A model generated the notes under the pieces. It was not told the origin of the DNA and did not search any database. It saw nothing but the letters and a program-made list of their open reading frames with translations. From assembly GCF_006345805.1 (NCBI RefSeq), contig NC_043006.1, forward strand, positions 88,040,001 through 88,104,000: a stretch of 64,000 nt of DNA, in the 5' to 3' direction. Each line of letters opens with the position of its first letter. Position 1 is the stretch's first letter. This document shows, piece after piece, positions 38,063 to 51,856 of this stretch. A program made the translations under genes and the position numbers. Source of the stretch: Octopus sinensis. Its lineage: Eukaryota.

Positions 38063-38275
38063 TAAGGTGGCAGGCTGGCAGAACTGTTAGCATGCCAGGT
38101 GAAATGCTTAGTGGTATTTCATCTGTCCTTACGTTCTGAGTCCAAATTCCACCGAGGTCAGCTTTGCCTTTCATCCTTTTGGGGTCGATAAATTAAGTAC
38201 CAGTTGTATACTGAGGTCATCTAATCGACTGGCCCCTACTCCAAAATTTCAGGCCTTGTGCCTAAAGTAGAAAGG
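38063..38275 (+). mobile_element. Family A SINE
   Basis: AAGGTGGCAGGCTGGCAGAA..CGTTCTGAGTCCAAATTCCACCGAGGTCAGCTTTGCCTTTCATCCTTTTGGGGTCGATAAATTAAGTACC. Confidence 0.85.
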
Positions 38276-38362
38276 ATTATCATTACCATGCCCTCTAGGT
38301 TCGCTGATAAGTCTTTTTCTTATTTCAGTAGCTAAGAACATACAATAAACTGAAAAGACATA

Positions 38363-38367
38363 ATGCT

Positions 38368-38398
<31 letters not shown>

Positions 38399-38460
38399 AT
38401 GATGGTGGTGGTGATGATGATGATGATAATGATGATGATGATGATGAGGAGGAGGAGGAG
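38363..38460. repeat. Compound trinucleotide repeat (GCT)n(GAT)n(GGT)n(GAT)n(GAG)n
   Basis: Direct reading. Confidence 0.9.
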
Positions 38461-38844
38461 GAATTCTCATCTACCAACTGTGACACCAACACAAACGACA
38501 CAAAAGCCGACAACACTAGCAGCCACAACAACATCAACAATGATTGTTATCATGATGGCAACAAATTTAACAATACGACAAATATGTGTGTTGCACTGCT
38601 CAGTAAAACCCTCTGGAATTTCTACTTTCTCTTAGAATCTTCTAAAGGCTCAGACTCACTGAAGCCTTTTCTATATTTTGGAATCATCTTTAAGAATGAT
38701 TTAAAGTTTTGAGGTCAGAATTATGCATGAACATCAACAGAAATAAATCTAGAATCATTTTGTAGTATTTGTGAAATCTCACTTTGAATGCATTATTGAA
38801 AGGAACGTTAAATATATTCCTGTGGCAATATATTTAAACAATTT

Positions 38845-39055
38845 AGGGTGGTGAGCTAGCAGAATCAATGACACATCAGGCAAAAAGTTTAGGGGGCATT
38901 TTGTCTGTCTTTATGTTCTGAGTTCAAATTCTGCCAAGGTCAACTTTGCCTTTTATTCTTTCAGGAGCAATAAGTACCAGCTGTGCACTGGGGTCAATGA
39001 AATCAACTTACCCTCCCCTGAAATTACTGGTTTTGTGCCAAAATTTGAAACCAAT
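38845..39055 (+). mobile_element. Family A SINE
   Basis: TGTTCTGAGTTCAAATTCTGCCAAGGTCAACTTTGCCTTT..AAGTACCAGCTG. Confidence 0.8.
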
Positions 39056-39977
39056 TTATTAAGAGCTTTGAACCTTTGATTCGGAATGTAATTGCTCACA
39101 GGGTATTTTTCTGTGCAGTTGGTATTCAGCAGAAAGATATTTCATTTTTTCTATTTTGCTTGTCATTTTATAATATTGTGGGTGAGATGGGGGTGGGGGA
39201 CTTTTGTCAAATTTGGGGCTTTCTTCACATATACAGAATAAAACATTCTTCATTCTATAGCTCTTTCAGTTGTTCTCAGTAATCTTTGCCTTCAAGAGAG
39301 TAGATTTTAGACATTACTCATTTTGTCACTTCTTTTTATAATTATATTGAGAATATCAAAATTTAATTGAATTTTCAAATAAGGTGAGGTTATGTTTTGG
39401 TAAAATTACACTATTGTGATTTCTGATTTAAAGCTGGTTAGCCTTGTATTAAATTCTAATCTTGCTTTCTTTACAGTTCTTACAATTCTCATATAAATCT
39501 TTTATTCTCATTAGCATTTTATATTGTTAATCTCTTGTTTGTATTTGTTTTCAGGGATTTTATAGAATATTTTAAGAGTTGGTATAGAGATGGTGTGTTA
39601 GATATTATTATGAGTGTTACTGTTAAGATAAGTTTTTAATTTTATTACTTTTATGCTGCACTTTGAGAGGATCACTATGCTAATAACAAACACACACACT
39701 GGTTCAATTTCACTTCTTTTGTTGGTTAAATAACTAATTGACAAATAATAGTAAAGAATTGAATTTGAACCTGTGCATGTGTTTATCATTGGTGTAAGGA
39801 CCCTCTAAAGATGCAACAAAATGTGTTTCAACACAAGAGCCTGCATTAACAATCTTGTAAACCAAATTCAAAACAAAATACTCTTTTGTGTTATTGTATT
39901 AAACAAGCACTTCCCCCACTTTAAGAAAAATGTACAAAAATAACTCAAGCACTAATAACTAAATTTGTACACTTGGC

Positions 39978-40445
39978 TAACCGGCTTCCTTGCCAGTGGC
40001 ACATAAAAGGCACCATTCAAGTGTGATCATTACCAGCGTCGCCTTACTGGCACTTGAGCCCTGTACTAGTAGGATGCTAAGAGCACCATCCGAGCATGAT
40101 CATTGCCAGAGCGGCTAACTGGCTTCCATGCTGGTGGCACATGAAAGGCACCATTTGAGTGTCATCGTTACCAGCATCGCCTTACTGGCACCTGTGCCGG
40201 TGGCATGTGTAAAAAGATTCAAGCGCGGTCATTGCCAGTACCACCTGACTGTCCCCCGTGCCGGTGGCATGTAAAAGCACCCATTACACTCTCGGAGTGG
40301 TTGGCGTTAGGAAGGGCATCCAGCTGTAGAAACTCTGCCAGATCAAGATTGGAGCATGGTGCAGCCATCTGGTTCACCAGCCCTCAGTCAAATCGTCCAA
40401 CCCATGCTAGCATGGAAAGCAGACATTAAACGATGATGATGATGA
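39978..40445 (+). mobile_element. RTE-derived 3' UTR/SINE with tandem GGTGGCAC modules and (GAT)n tail
   Basis: Same body and tail as 37030-37475. Confidence 0.8.
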
Positions 40446-41168
40446 TGGACAGGCAGAAAATTTACTTCAATGTGAAACTTGTTTGAAGATAGTTGAAGAT
40501 ACAGCAAAAAAAATTATGAGAACCATTAAAAAGTAGTATCCTCTTTGTAATTAGAAATATCAAATCCTGAAATGACATCACTCCTTTTCAAAAAAACAAA
40601 AACAAAATCAGAACAAGATTAAAAAGTTAAAAACATTGATATATTCATTAATTCTGATAAAGCACAAGTATTAAATGGTGTAAACAAATTAACCAAAATC
40701 CTCTCCACTTCAATAACTAATCTTTACAAAAGAAAACTATGTTATCTTAAATTATATTAATGCAAAGTGATATAAATTCTTACTGCTAAAAATGTTGCCA
40801 TTAACTGATGATGGAAGATCCATTGATATTTCAATGAGTATTTTCAAGTAAATGAACTAGTCTTTCATTGGAATTAATGTGTAAGCAGCTGAGTATCAGC
40901 TTTGCATCTCTGGAATCACAAGAAATTCTATTTTCCAACCTCTAATGACATAAATGGCACTCAGAATCAGTCTTGTCTTGCAGACATTGGATCTTTAGAA
41001 CTTTCAAATACTTCAAACTTATTTGTTAATTGCTGTTAGGGACACTGTGTTTCTTTTTTGCAACCATAATATACTACCAAGTACATTAAAGGTTTATGAG
41101 TCAATATTGTGTCCTATTTTGTGTTAACAGTGCATTTTTTTCATTTTTTAAGTTTGTTTCTACAGATG

Positions 41169-41939
41169 TTCTATAGAATTCAGAGCCAGCACTGAAAGTT
41201 AGGACATTTTATATATAAATACATCTGTGTAAACAATGCAATCAAAGACAGGAAAACAGTTATGTATTCATAGACAATTAATGGGTTGGATCTGATACTG
41301 AAGATGGAGCAATAACTCCTGAAACATTCATATACACCCATTACATATTTTTATATCTTCAGTTGCATTGGTTAGACAGACGTATTCATATACGACTGCA
41401 AATTCTATAGTAAGTCTGCAAAATAAAGTACAGTGTCGCTACCAGCAGTTAATATGTATGTACCTATTTCTTTACTACCCACAAGGGCTAAACACAGAGA
41501 GGACAAACAAGGACAGACAAATGGATTAAGTCGATTATATCGACCCCAGTGCATAACTGGTACTTATTTAATCGACCCCGAAAGGATGAAAGGCAAAGTA
41601 GACCTTGGCGGAATTTGAACTCTGAACGTAGTGGCAGACGAAATACTGCTAAGCATTTCACCCAGCGTGCTAACGTTTCTGCCAGCTCGCCGCCTTATAT
41701 ATGTTAATATGTATGTACTATTTGCTGGGAATGTGTTTAATATGTAAGTTGGTCTATCCAATAGTGTTACACGGCTAAGCTTAGTGGTTATTTAAGCAAT
41801 GTATTCATGGATACTTATTGGGTTGGGCATGGTGCTAAAAAAGGAGAAATTACCCATTACCTATTTTTGTCTCTGTTACATAAATGTATTCATATATGAA
41901 ATAACATAACTTTCAGTGCTAGCTCTAAATTCTATAGAA
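41169..41939. repeat. Inverted repeat pair (64 bp, 55/64 match) enclosing a SINE; probable old MITE
   Basis: 41169-41232 versus reverse complement of 41876-41939. Confidence 0.65.
41464..41702 (-). mobile_element. Family A SINE, near consensus, 16-bp TSD GTTAATATGTATGTAC
   Basis: TSD at 41448-41463 and 41703-41718. Confidence 0.9.
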
Positions 41940-42117
41940 AATTTGTTGAGATATACTAAAAAATTTAGATCTATTATATTTCCTAACTGATAATGATTTA
42001 CTGAATGTGCATCTAATCATTCTTCTTATATTTTAAATAACCTTCACATTTTTGTATTTTATTTCAGTCCATTTACTTCATGGAGACAGAAACTAACTCT
42101 GTATCATTTGCATCATT

Positions 42118-42678
42118 TGCATCACCCGTCTGGAACCCCTGTCTTGCCCAGGATATTAATCATCTGGAAACCATTCAGTGACGTGCAACCAAGAGAATAC
42201 CTTCCATCAGGCATTTGCCATATTCTGAAAGCCTTACTTCCCTGGGCATGGATACATTGAAACTCCGACGTCTGGCAGCTGACTTGGCAGACACCCATAA
42301 AATTATTAACCATCTTACAAACAATAACTCTGAGCACCTTTTCAAACTCTACCTGTCTAGCACCCGTGGACATGTTTACAAAGTCAGAAAACAGCACAGC
42401 TCCCATGACTTTTGGAAACATTTTTTCACGCAGAGTTGCTGAAGCATGGAACAAACTGCTGGCATCAGTTGTTAGTTGTCGGAGCACTGCATCCTTCAAA
42501 ACTTCCATGCTTCCTGAAATTCACCAACACTACACCCGATTTTCTCCCCTCCATACACATGCAAGCATGTATCTGACTCATACACTTATTAACTTCCCAG
42601 ACATTTGTACATTACTGCATATGCTTTATATGCACTTTTGACAAATTGTGGTGCACTTGAGCACTGTTTACAATAATT

Positions 42679-42715
<37 letters not shown>
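42118..42715 (+). mobile_element. CR1-clade LINE 3' fragment with (ATT)n tail
   Basis: ASPVWNPCLAQDINHLETIQ*RATK.IP....LPYSE.L..LG...L..RRL.ADL...HKI...TRGH.YK.....F...FF..RV..AWNKL. Confidence 0.85.
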
Positions 42716-42716
<1 letters not shown>

Positions 42717-43896
42717 ATTATTACTGATAGATAATACTTTTTAATCATCATAATTTCCCTACTTTATATCTTATTAAAAATCTTGACAATAATGACCAAA
42801 AATCCAGGAACTCTGATAATATTAGGACTGCAACATCAGACATCTGCTTGGTACATTTTCTTTTCTCAAGTTACATTATTAACACCCACTTTTGGTACAT
42901 CATAATCTTTTACTATTTAGATTTTATTGCAAATTGTTTATAGTCATACAATTTTGGTTTAACTGATATCTTATGGTTTGATTATGGTGCATTTTGATTA
43001 AATAATTCTATTTCTCTAATACTCTGGAAATAGTCTTAACAACAAATGGTTGTTTACACACATATTCATAATCAATTTGACATGAACTTGTAACATGGTT
43101 TTAAGAGATTCATTTATTTTAAACTTCTTTTCACATGTGACCAAACTCATTATTTGGGTACACTTTATATTGCCCCCAGATATTTGTAGACATAGTTGTT
43201 ACTTATATACACTTCTGTAATGATGTAGTTTCCTATCTATTTTAATATTCTGAGATGCATAGCATTTTCACAAAAAACGAATTTCAAATTGATTCAGTAA
43301 CACAGTCAGTTTCATTTTTAAATTTATAATGTAATTGTTCTTAATCTGTTACCATTTTTAACCAAAATAGTAACAAGCTTCAAACTTATTTTTATCTCTG
43401 GTAGATACACATATAAAGGAAGAAAATTTCATTTCATCTTAAATGACTAATTGCTTTTGATTTCTTATATTTCATATTAAAATAAGTCTTTCTGAACTAA
43501 ATCATTTGCAAAGACAAACAAAAAAGAAAGAGAAAAAGTAATACATGTAGTGTTACTTCTATATATTTTCATAACGTATATATTTAGTAGTTATATTTAT
43601 TTAATTGCAGTTTAACATGCTTCATAACATAAATATGTAAACTTTTTAAACAAAAAGCAAATTAAAGAAAGTTTTCTTAATAATACATATTAACTCCTTG
43701 AAATCAAGTAATTTGCACACACACACATGTATGCATGTGTGTGTTTGTATATATACATGCACATGCATATATATAAACTTGTATACATATATATATATAT
43801 ATATATATGCATACATACACATATACTTTGATACTTTGATACTTTGATAGGTTTCGGCCATTATTGGCCCAGGCCATGTCTAACTTAATAGCACCA

Positions 43897-43942
<46 letters not shown>

Positions 43943-46079
43943 ATACATACAGATATATATATGTTAGAAGAAATGAGGTACTCAGAAATCTGGATGGTTT
44001 TATTTTTACAGATATTTATTAGTATGTTACATGTTTTTATAAATCATATATCATATATTAGCATTTTTGTCCACTCTAGTGGAGTTTTCAAATTGAACTT
44101 TTGCAGGAATTTTATCTCCTTTTATAGTATTATTGAGTGTGTAGAGGTGGGGAGAGAGATAAGATAGTACAAGAGGATGAGGAATGGGGAGAAAGTGAGA
44201 GCATGCACGCGCACACGCATTTGTGTGTTTTTGTATCTGAAAGAAGTGTTAGAGAATAAGAGAAGGAAAGAAAGAAGGAGAGAAAGAAGAAAAAATTTGT
44301 TGATATCTTTGCAGCTGGTCAGTCTTTCAATAGTAAGTGATTCTTTGCTTTTATCACTTCATAATTCTATTTAAGATGGTTTTGCTATCAACTAATGTTT
44401 ATCTCACTGGTTTTCTTCCATGTTTTGTATTATAATGAACTGCAATGACTCTTTGGTGTAAATAAATTATGAATCATAAAGAAAGCGTCCCAGTCGTGAG
44501 TCTGATGTAACAGCCTGAACCATGTATTTTATTTATATATATACTTCATAGTGAAACCTTTGTAATGTTGAAATGCACAACATAATTTGTACAGTATAAC
44601 ACTCATTCACAAGTCCCACACTAAACATATATAATGAAAACCTTTTAAAAATGAACAGGTATTTTTGTAATATTTACTTCAAATCAAACTAGTTATAATC
44701 TCCTTTAAATAAGAGAAATATAATATTGCTGGAATGCTAATGATGAAGATTTCATCCATTGAATAATTATTCAATGGAAAATAGACTGGATTAGTTTACT
44801 GTTGACTTCTCACCTACAGCAGTTTCTGTATTACATACAAACAAAAGCATCAGTTATCCAGTAGTCTTGCTACTTATAATAGTGAATTGATCCCTATTGA
44901 TTGCTAGGTGGTTTAAGCCATTGTGAGTTATGTTATCCTCCTGGCAAACAGTTCAAAGAACACAAACATCAATGGTTGTGATTTTCTTAGAAAACTGAAT
45001 TGTAGGTAAAATTTAGAAGTAATGAGAACCATTCACGTTTCAAACTAACAAGAGAGTTTCTATACAGTGTTTTGATCTGCTAGAAATAGCAGCCAAATAT
45101 CCTACAAATCATACTTTATTGTTAAAATAAAAAAGAGACATAAAAAAATGTTATTTTAGATATATAAAAAGACAGACTGTTGTTTTGGTCAGAACTTTTC
45201 AGAACCCAGACAACACAAATATACACATATTCAATAAGACAGACACTATTTAACAGGTTAAAGCATTAGATAGGAATTTCATAATCCTTTAGGCTATACC
45301 TGTAATAAACAGTATGTTATAATAACAAAGGTATGGTACCACATATGTAGACATTCAATAAAAATGTGCAATAGATACCAGCCCAACTCTATACTTTGCA
45401 GATGAATGGTTGGCACTAAGAAAATACTATACATCTAAACTGCACTTATGCTTATCCGTTTCTCTATCATTTTTGTTGAAACAATCCAAATTAAAAAATA
45501 AAAACATAAGAAGGAATATTAACAACAAAAACAAAAAGCAAGATACAACATATCTATTATTTTAGGGATTTTCTTATCATTTTTTTCATTCGAAACACTA
45601 AAGCAACAAACAAAGGGGGAATATTTCTCAAAAAAGCAACTGTATTGTGATAATATTATAAACAAACCATTGCAATTTATTATATTAAGGAATACATAAC
45701 AATTCAATATAAAATATTATATATACATACATGCTTCCACACACACACTCACACACACATATACACACATACACACACATACACACACACACACACACAC
45801 AGATGTATATGTATATATGTGTGTGTGTGTATACATATGCATGTGTGTGTGTACCCACATACATTCATAAATAAAGTCGTTATGATAAAAAGACAATATG
45901 ATAAAACTGTCGGCAAAAAAAGTGCCTAAACAAAGCCTAAAACAAAATACTTTACAAAGGATTCCTATTCTACAATCAATTGATTGTTTAATACCATTAT
46001 GCAGGTTTGGCAAATAAAAAAAAATCTTAGCAACAACCTTTCTTTCCCTCCCTCTTTCTCTCTCTCTTTTTCTCATATA

Positions 46080-46144
46080 TGTGGGTGTGCATTATAGACA
46101 CACATATATAAATACACATATTCATATATATATATATATATATG

Positions 46145-46198
<54 letters not shown>

Positions 46199-46450
46199 TA
46201 TATATATATATACACATATATATATATATATATAAACATATATATATATATAAACATATATATATATATATAAACATATATATCTATATATCTGTATATA
46301 TATATATGTATATATATATATACATACACACACATATATATATAAACATATATATATATTACATATACACACACATGCATACATATATACACACATATGT
46401 CTGTCTATACTCATGCACACACACCCACACTCCCACACACCAATATATAT
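46080..46450. repeat. (TA)n/(CA)n compound microsatellite
   Basis: Direct reading. Confidence 0.9.
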
Positions 46451-46929
46451 GTTTATATGTGTATGTTATGTGCTTGTGTGTGTTTATGAGTATCTAAAAA
46501 GGAAAAAAGAAGGCAAAGAAAATATGTTATATGAATTTGCTAACTTGATTGGATGGAATTTCTCAACAAAAAAAAAACGTAAAAAAGAAAAAGTAACTTG
46601 AAAAGTTTAGAGGAATGTGTTTGCCTGTTTGGTTATTGATTATTTGATTGAGTGGTAGTGTAGAGAAAAGGATTAGGTCAACCTCTACTCAGTGTTAACT
46701 GAGGTTCTGCTATTTTTACCTTATTCCATTGTATATTTTTTCATGGAATTTGATATAGTAATGAAATACACTAAAACATCAGACAAACAGAACAAATGTT
46801 TGGATATAAGCACATATATGTATATATGCATAGACAGACACAGACAAGTGGAACAGATATATGATTATGTTCAAACACACAACACATACTCAAACACGCA
46901 AATACATACACAAACACATAGGAAGGCAG

Positions 46930-48120
46930 TTAATCAAAGTATACACCTAAATTCTGAATGCAATTTTGCCATTTTATCAGTAGCTTACTTACACCAGCAG
47001 CAAAGAATTTTGGAGAGCAAGAGGTGATGAAATCTCGAAAGGCTATTTTTGCATCGTCTTCAGATTTGAAGTTGTCTAATGCCAGGAAAGCATAATAGTC
47101 AGGTGGTGCAAGGTCTGGTGAATATGGTGGATGACAGAGTACTTCCAGGTTCAGTTCCTGTAACTTGAGTAGCATTCTTTATGCAACATGTAGTCAAGCA
47201 TTGTCTTGCAAGAGAATTGGCCTGTCTCTGTTGACCAATCTTGGTTGTTTAATTGCAAGTTCACTTATCATTTCATCCAATTCGTTGATGTATACATCCG
47301 CTGTAATTGACATACCAGGTCTCATGAAGTTGTAGTGGATGACACCAGTGCTAGACCATGAAACAGATACCATTTGATTTTTTTGGTGAATAGTTTTCTT
47401 TGGATTGCCTGTTGGCCCTTTGTCTTTCCAACCATCTTGTAGAATGCTTGTTATTGTTGAAAAGAATCCATTTTTCATCCCATGTAACAATATGATGCAA
47501 AAACGGCTTGCTTTTATCCTGTGACAGCAAAGAACAGCAAGTTTCAAGGTGACATGTCATTTGATGCTCGTTCAGTTCATGTGGTACCCACTTGTCCATC
47601 TTCTTTACCTTGCCGATTTGTTTCTGAAAGTCCACTACAGTTGGAATTGAAACATCAAACCTTGCTGCTAACTCATGTGCAGTTTGAGATATATCTGCTT
47701 CCATTAGTTTCCAGCTCATCTTTACCCACCTTGGTTTCAGGTGTACTATGGGGCTGATTTTCAAGAGTAAAGCCACCAGACCAGAGCATCTCAAACCATC
47801 GATGCACAGTGCACTCATTTGCCGCATGATCACCAGACACCTCACTGATGTTTTGAGCTGTCTGGGATGCATTGGTTCCACGACAGAACTCATATTCATA
47901 AGTAACACAAATTTTTTATTTATCCATGGGTTCACAAAAATTGATTTACAAGAAAAAACTCACAATATAATCAGACACCATGAATTGCATTTCGAAAAGT
48001 GATGATGTAACTCTTCAATGTTGTAAAACAAAGAATTTTCATGATAAAACATTAGAGTTAATGACTGCCAAACTTGGTACATAAGAAAATCAGACATTTC
48101 ATTTTTAATGACCTGATATA
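46930..48120 (-). mobile_element. Mariner transposon relic (D,D34D); 5' TIR present, 3' TIR not found
   Basis: KKMDKWVPHEL, IVTWDEKWIL, LLQDNA, YSPDLAPPD (34 residues between D2 and D3). Terminus TATATCAGGTCATTAAAAATG at 48120; sequence ends just after the stop codon. Confidence 0.9.
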
Positions 48121-48779
48121 CATTTATATGCATAGAAAGGCAGATAGATAAACAGATAGGCAGACAGACAGTCAGATGGATGGGGAGAGCAAACAGAAAG
48201 GCACAGACAGACGAAGAGGCAGATAGATATATCTGAATGTTATTAAGAATAAAATTACGGGCTGCATCTTGAAATTAATGCAGAGACTTTAAGATTTCCA
48301 TAAGTTTAAAACTCCATAACAAGAGTTTACATGATGCAGGGAATACCTGTGTGTGTGTGTGTGTGTGTGTGTGAGTGTGTGCATGCATGCATGTGTGTGT
48401 ACATGTGTATGTATTTTAAAGCCTTGTAAGAGGGCAGTACATATGATACTTTTTAGGGTCACCAAGACCAGGGGAGGCAGGTAGATATCCTCATTACTGG
48501 AGACCTGGTCTGGATGGTTGTAGACTAGGGTACCCAAGAACCAGCCAATAATGTTAAGCTGTGAAACAGATTAAGTCTACCACTGAAGTAGATTGTGGTG
48601 ACATTTGAATTCACAACCTAAATACCCAGAACAAATGACACTGGGTATCTTGTCTGATGATCAAAGAATTCCACCAGTCAACCAACTGACTGCAGCAACA
48701 TTTGGATTTTAAACACAAAGAAATTGATTAACATCTGCCTTTTGTCTAATTCTGTAATATACAAGAAGTGATTGCTCCT

Positions 48780-48925
48780 TCTTCACAGATGATTGCAGTC
48801 TTTTTGTCACTGTCAATGGCATTTCTGACTTTCCATTCATGCCCTCTCAGATGACTATTCAGTCCCGCTGTATATCTGCATGGTTTGAAGCATAGATGAC
48901 AGATAAAATCTGTAGATTCCACTGG
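48780..48925 (-). mobile_element. Non-LTR retrotransposon (RTE-like) C-terminal zinc knuckle fragment
   Basis: [24 protein letters not shown]. Confidence 0.55.
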
Positions 48926-48926
48926 A

Positions 48927-49017
48927 TCATACATACATACATACATACATACATACATACATACATACATACATACATACATACATACGTGCATGTATGC
49001 ATGCATACATACATACA

Positions 49018-49048
<31 letters not shown>

Positions 49049-49050
49049 GT
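48927..49050. repeat. (CATA)n microsatellite
   Basis: Direct reading. Confidence 0.95.
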
Positions 49051-49931
49051 TTGCACGTATGTACGCATGTACATATGCATATGTAGATATATCATGTACA
49101 TCCTGGTTTTTAGAATTTTAGATTCTCTGTATATTGTTAGAGAAGTTGCTAAGTTTACACCAGGAAGTACATACCACTATGAATCACAGTATCAAAAAAT
49201 CTCATTCAATCCATGCCCACATGAAAATTAGATTTATAATGGACTGATGATAATACAAGTATGTGGATGCACTTATATATAAACTCACAGATTGCATCTA
49301 TACATGCGTATTTCAGTACATATACTAACCCACACATATATGCATATGTATATTTGCACATACTGATGCACATGTACTAACATATGCACACACAAATATA
49401 TACATAGTAATATAATATATTCAAATATACTGTTTCAATATCACTGATTAACCTAGTGTACTTGATAGGATCCTGTGGGGTTTAATATTTTAGGTACTTG
49501 CATTTATCCAGAATGGCTAAGTGATTCTGTTGAGGTTTAAGTGAATGATTATATTTCATGGTACCACTTAGAAATTAACTCTGATCTTGTATTTAAGGAA
49601 CAAGTTGATTTGGTGAGGATAAAGAATTTTCATTGTTTTCGGTTACCACAGAAATTTGAGCAGAAAGTGTACCTTTTACTGAAGTTTGGTGTAGACAGTG
49701 ATATATAATTATTAATAATTTTAACTGTCATATGAGCCTATTCAACTACACAAGATGTATATAAAACAGGAAAATGGAAGATATCATCAAAGGACTTCAA
49801 TGGCAAGTATATTTTTGAATGACTAATCATATTACCCCACTATGCAATATATCATATTTGAAATAATAACCAGAACTGCACAACACAGATTAGATAACTT
49901 GAGAACTTTTAAGTGGGTGTGTGGGAAAGTA

Positions 49932-49936
49932 TCATT

Positions 49937-49969
<33 letters not shown>

Positions 49970-50420
49970 GTCGTCATTTAACGTCCGTTTTCCATGCTAG
50001 CATGGGTTGGACAGTTCAACTGGGGTCTGGCAAGCCCGAAGGCTGCACGAGGCCAGTCAGATCTGGCAGTGTTTCTACAGCTGGATGCCCATCCTAACGC
50101 CAACCACTCCGTCAGTGTAGTGGGTGCTTTGTACGTGCCACCGGCACAGGGGCCAGAAGAAGCTGGCAAACGGCCACGATCGGTTGGTGCTTCTTACGTG
50201 TCACCGACACGGATGCTAGTCAGGTGGTGCTGGCATCTGCCACGTTCGGACGGTGCTTTTAACGTGTCACCGGCACGGGTATCTTAACTACAATTTCCAT
50301 TTGATTTTCATTTTGATGTTGGTGTTAACGTACTTGACTCAATAGGTCTCCTCAAGAACAGCTGGTCACTTTACAATCCAAGGTTAGCACAGCAGACCAT
50401 CCTGCAAGCCATGAACTCAC
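49932..50420 (-). mobile_element. RTE-derived 3' UTR/SINE with (GAT)n tail
   Basis: Reverse complement of the body and tail at 39978-40445. Confidence 0.8.
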
Positions 50421-50802
50421 TTCATTTGTCGGGTCTTCACAGTCATGTGGTTATATATTCAAACAATCTTCATTTGTTGGGAGTATTCAACACAGGGATA
50501 GAGTATTATTAGAAATGTGTTGTCTGTAATTGAGATCAAATGCATTGAGAAACTACAAACAAAGAATAAGATCTCAATATCGGGATGCAGCAAGCATTTA
50601 TGTTGGGTCATGGTTCTACCTTACAACAAATATTCCATTACTTCAAGTGTCATTCTTTTGGACATTCTACAGATGAGAATGTTTGGTGTTAGAAATCTTA
50701 TGTTCTTACACTCAGTTTTCTTGTGTTTACACAAATACAAATACTTTTCAGATGCATGCACAGACACTCACACACACACACATGTACATGTATGTGTGTG
50801 TA

Positions 50803-50869
<67 letters not shown>

Positions 50870-51558
50870 CATGTATGTATTGTATTCATGAAGTAAGAAC
50901 TTTTTAAACCAATTAGTGGGTTGATCAACTGTGTTCTATAGATGTCATGCCATGCCCTGACAACTGACTATAGATCTTAGTAGCATACCCATGTTTGCAA
51001 ATTTTGGAGAGTCCAATTATATTAAGTAACTGATATTTCACTTAGTAGTTATGGGGAATACTCACACTAGAAAGCATAGTAGCAGTTTTGAAGAGTAGAG
51101 ATACGAGTCAAACAAAGCTGCCATGATATGTCTGCCCTACATTAAATGCATTCTGGGAAAAAGTTCATCACATCTATGATTCATAGAACATCAATTCAGT
51201 GATTGAAAGCATATTTGCTCCTTATAAATATTTCTTCTGATCAAAGAACTTAAATTGTGACAAGGCTGATTGATAGCGGAAAGAAAAGTTAGGAGAACTC
51301 AAGGAAGAAAGTCAAAATAAGGAGTAATGTTGGAATTGGAAAAAGCAGCTGATATGCTATACTCTGACTACCTTCACAGTAGACTGAGAAGTATACATTA
51401 TATTGGAGTCTTTTATGAAGAAAGAGCACATGTCTTAAGCCATAAACAAGTTATGTTTAAAGTTTCTTTCTTCACCTAATTTTCTTACATTGTAAAGTGT
51501 TATGCTGTCAGTTTACATGTTATGAGTTTAGTCATTAGGTCAGTGGACAGATGGGTGG

Positions 51559-51576
51559 GCAGATGGGCTGCCATAC

Positions 51577-51607
<31 letters not shown>

Positions 51608-51712
51608 TGTATGTATGTATGTATGTATGTATGTATGTATGTATGTATGTATGTATGTATGTATGTACGTACGTACGTACGTACGTACGTACGTATGTAT
51701 GTATGTATGTAT
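51559..51712. repeat. (TATG)n with a (TACG)n insert
   Basis: Direct reading. Confidence 0.95.
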
Positions 51713-51856
51713 TCTGGTTCAAGTTGAACAAACAAGACTTGTCACATGAAGAATAACTAACACAAGAATATGAATAATGAAGTGAGAACAATATAACAGT
51801 GAGGACTGAAGAAATCTCAGAAGGGTTGGGAAATACAACCAAAATACTGTGAGGTG

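Noticed and set aside
43824-43899. Minus-strand GGCCA(ATAA)TGGCC-GAAAC hairpin between TA tracts, with (TACTTTGA)x3
   Set aside because: The CUGANGA core is absent and there is no stem I. It could be a PLE terminal scrap, but support is insufficient.
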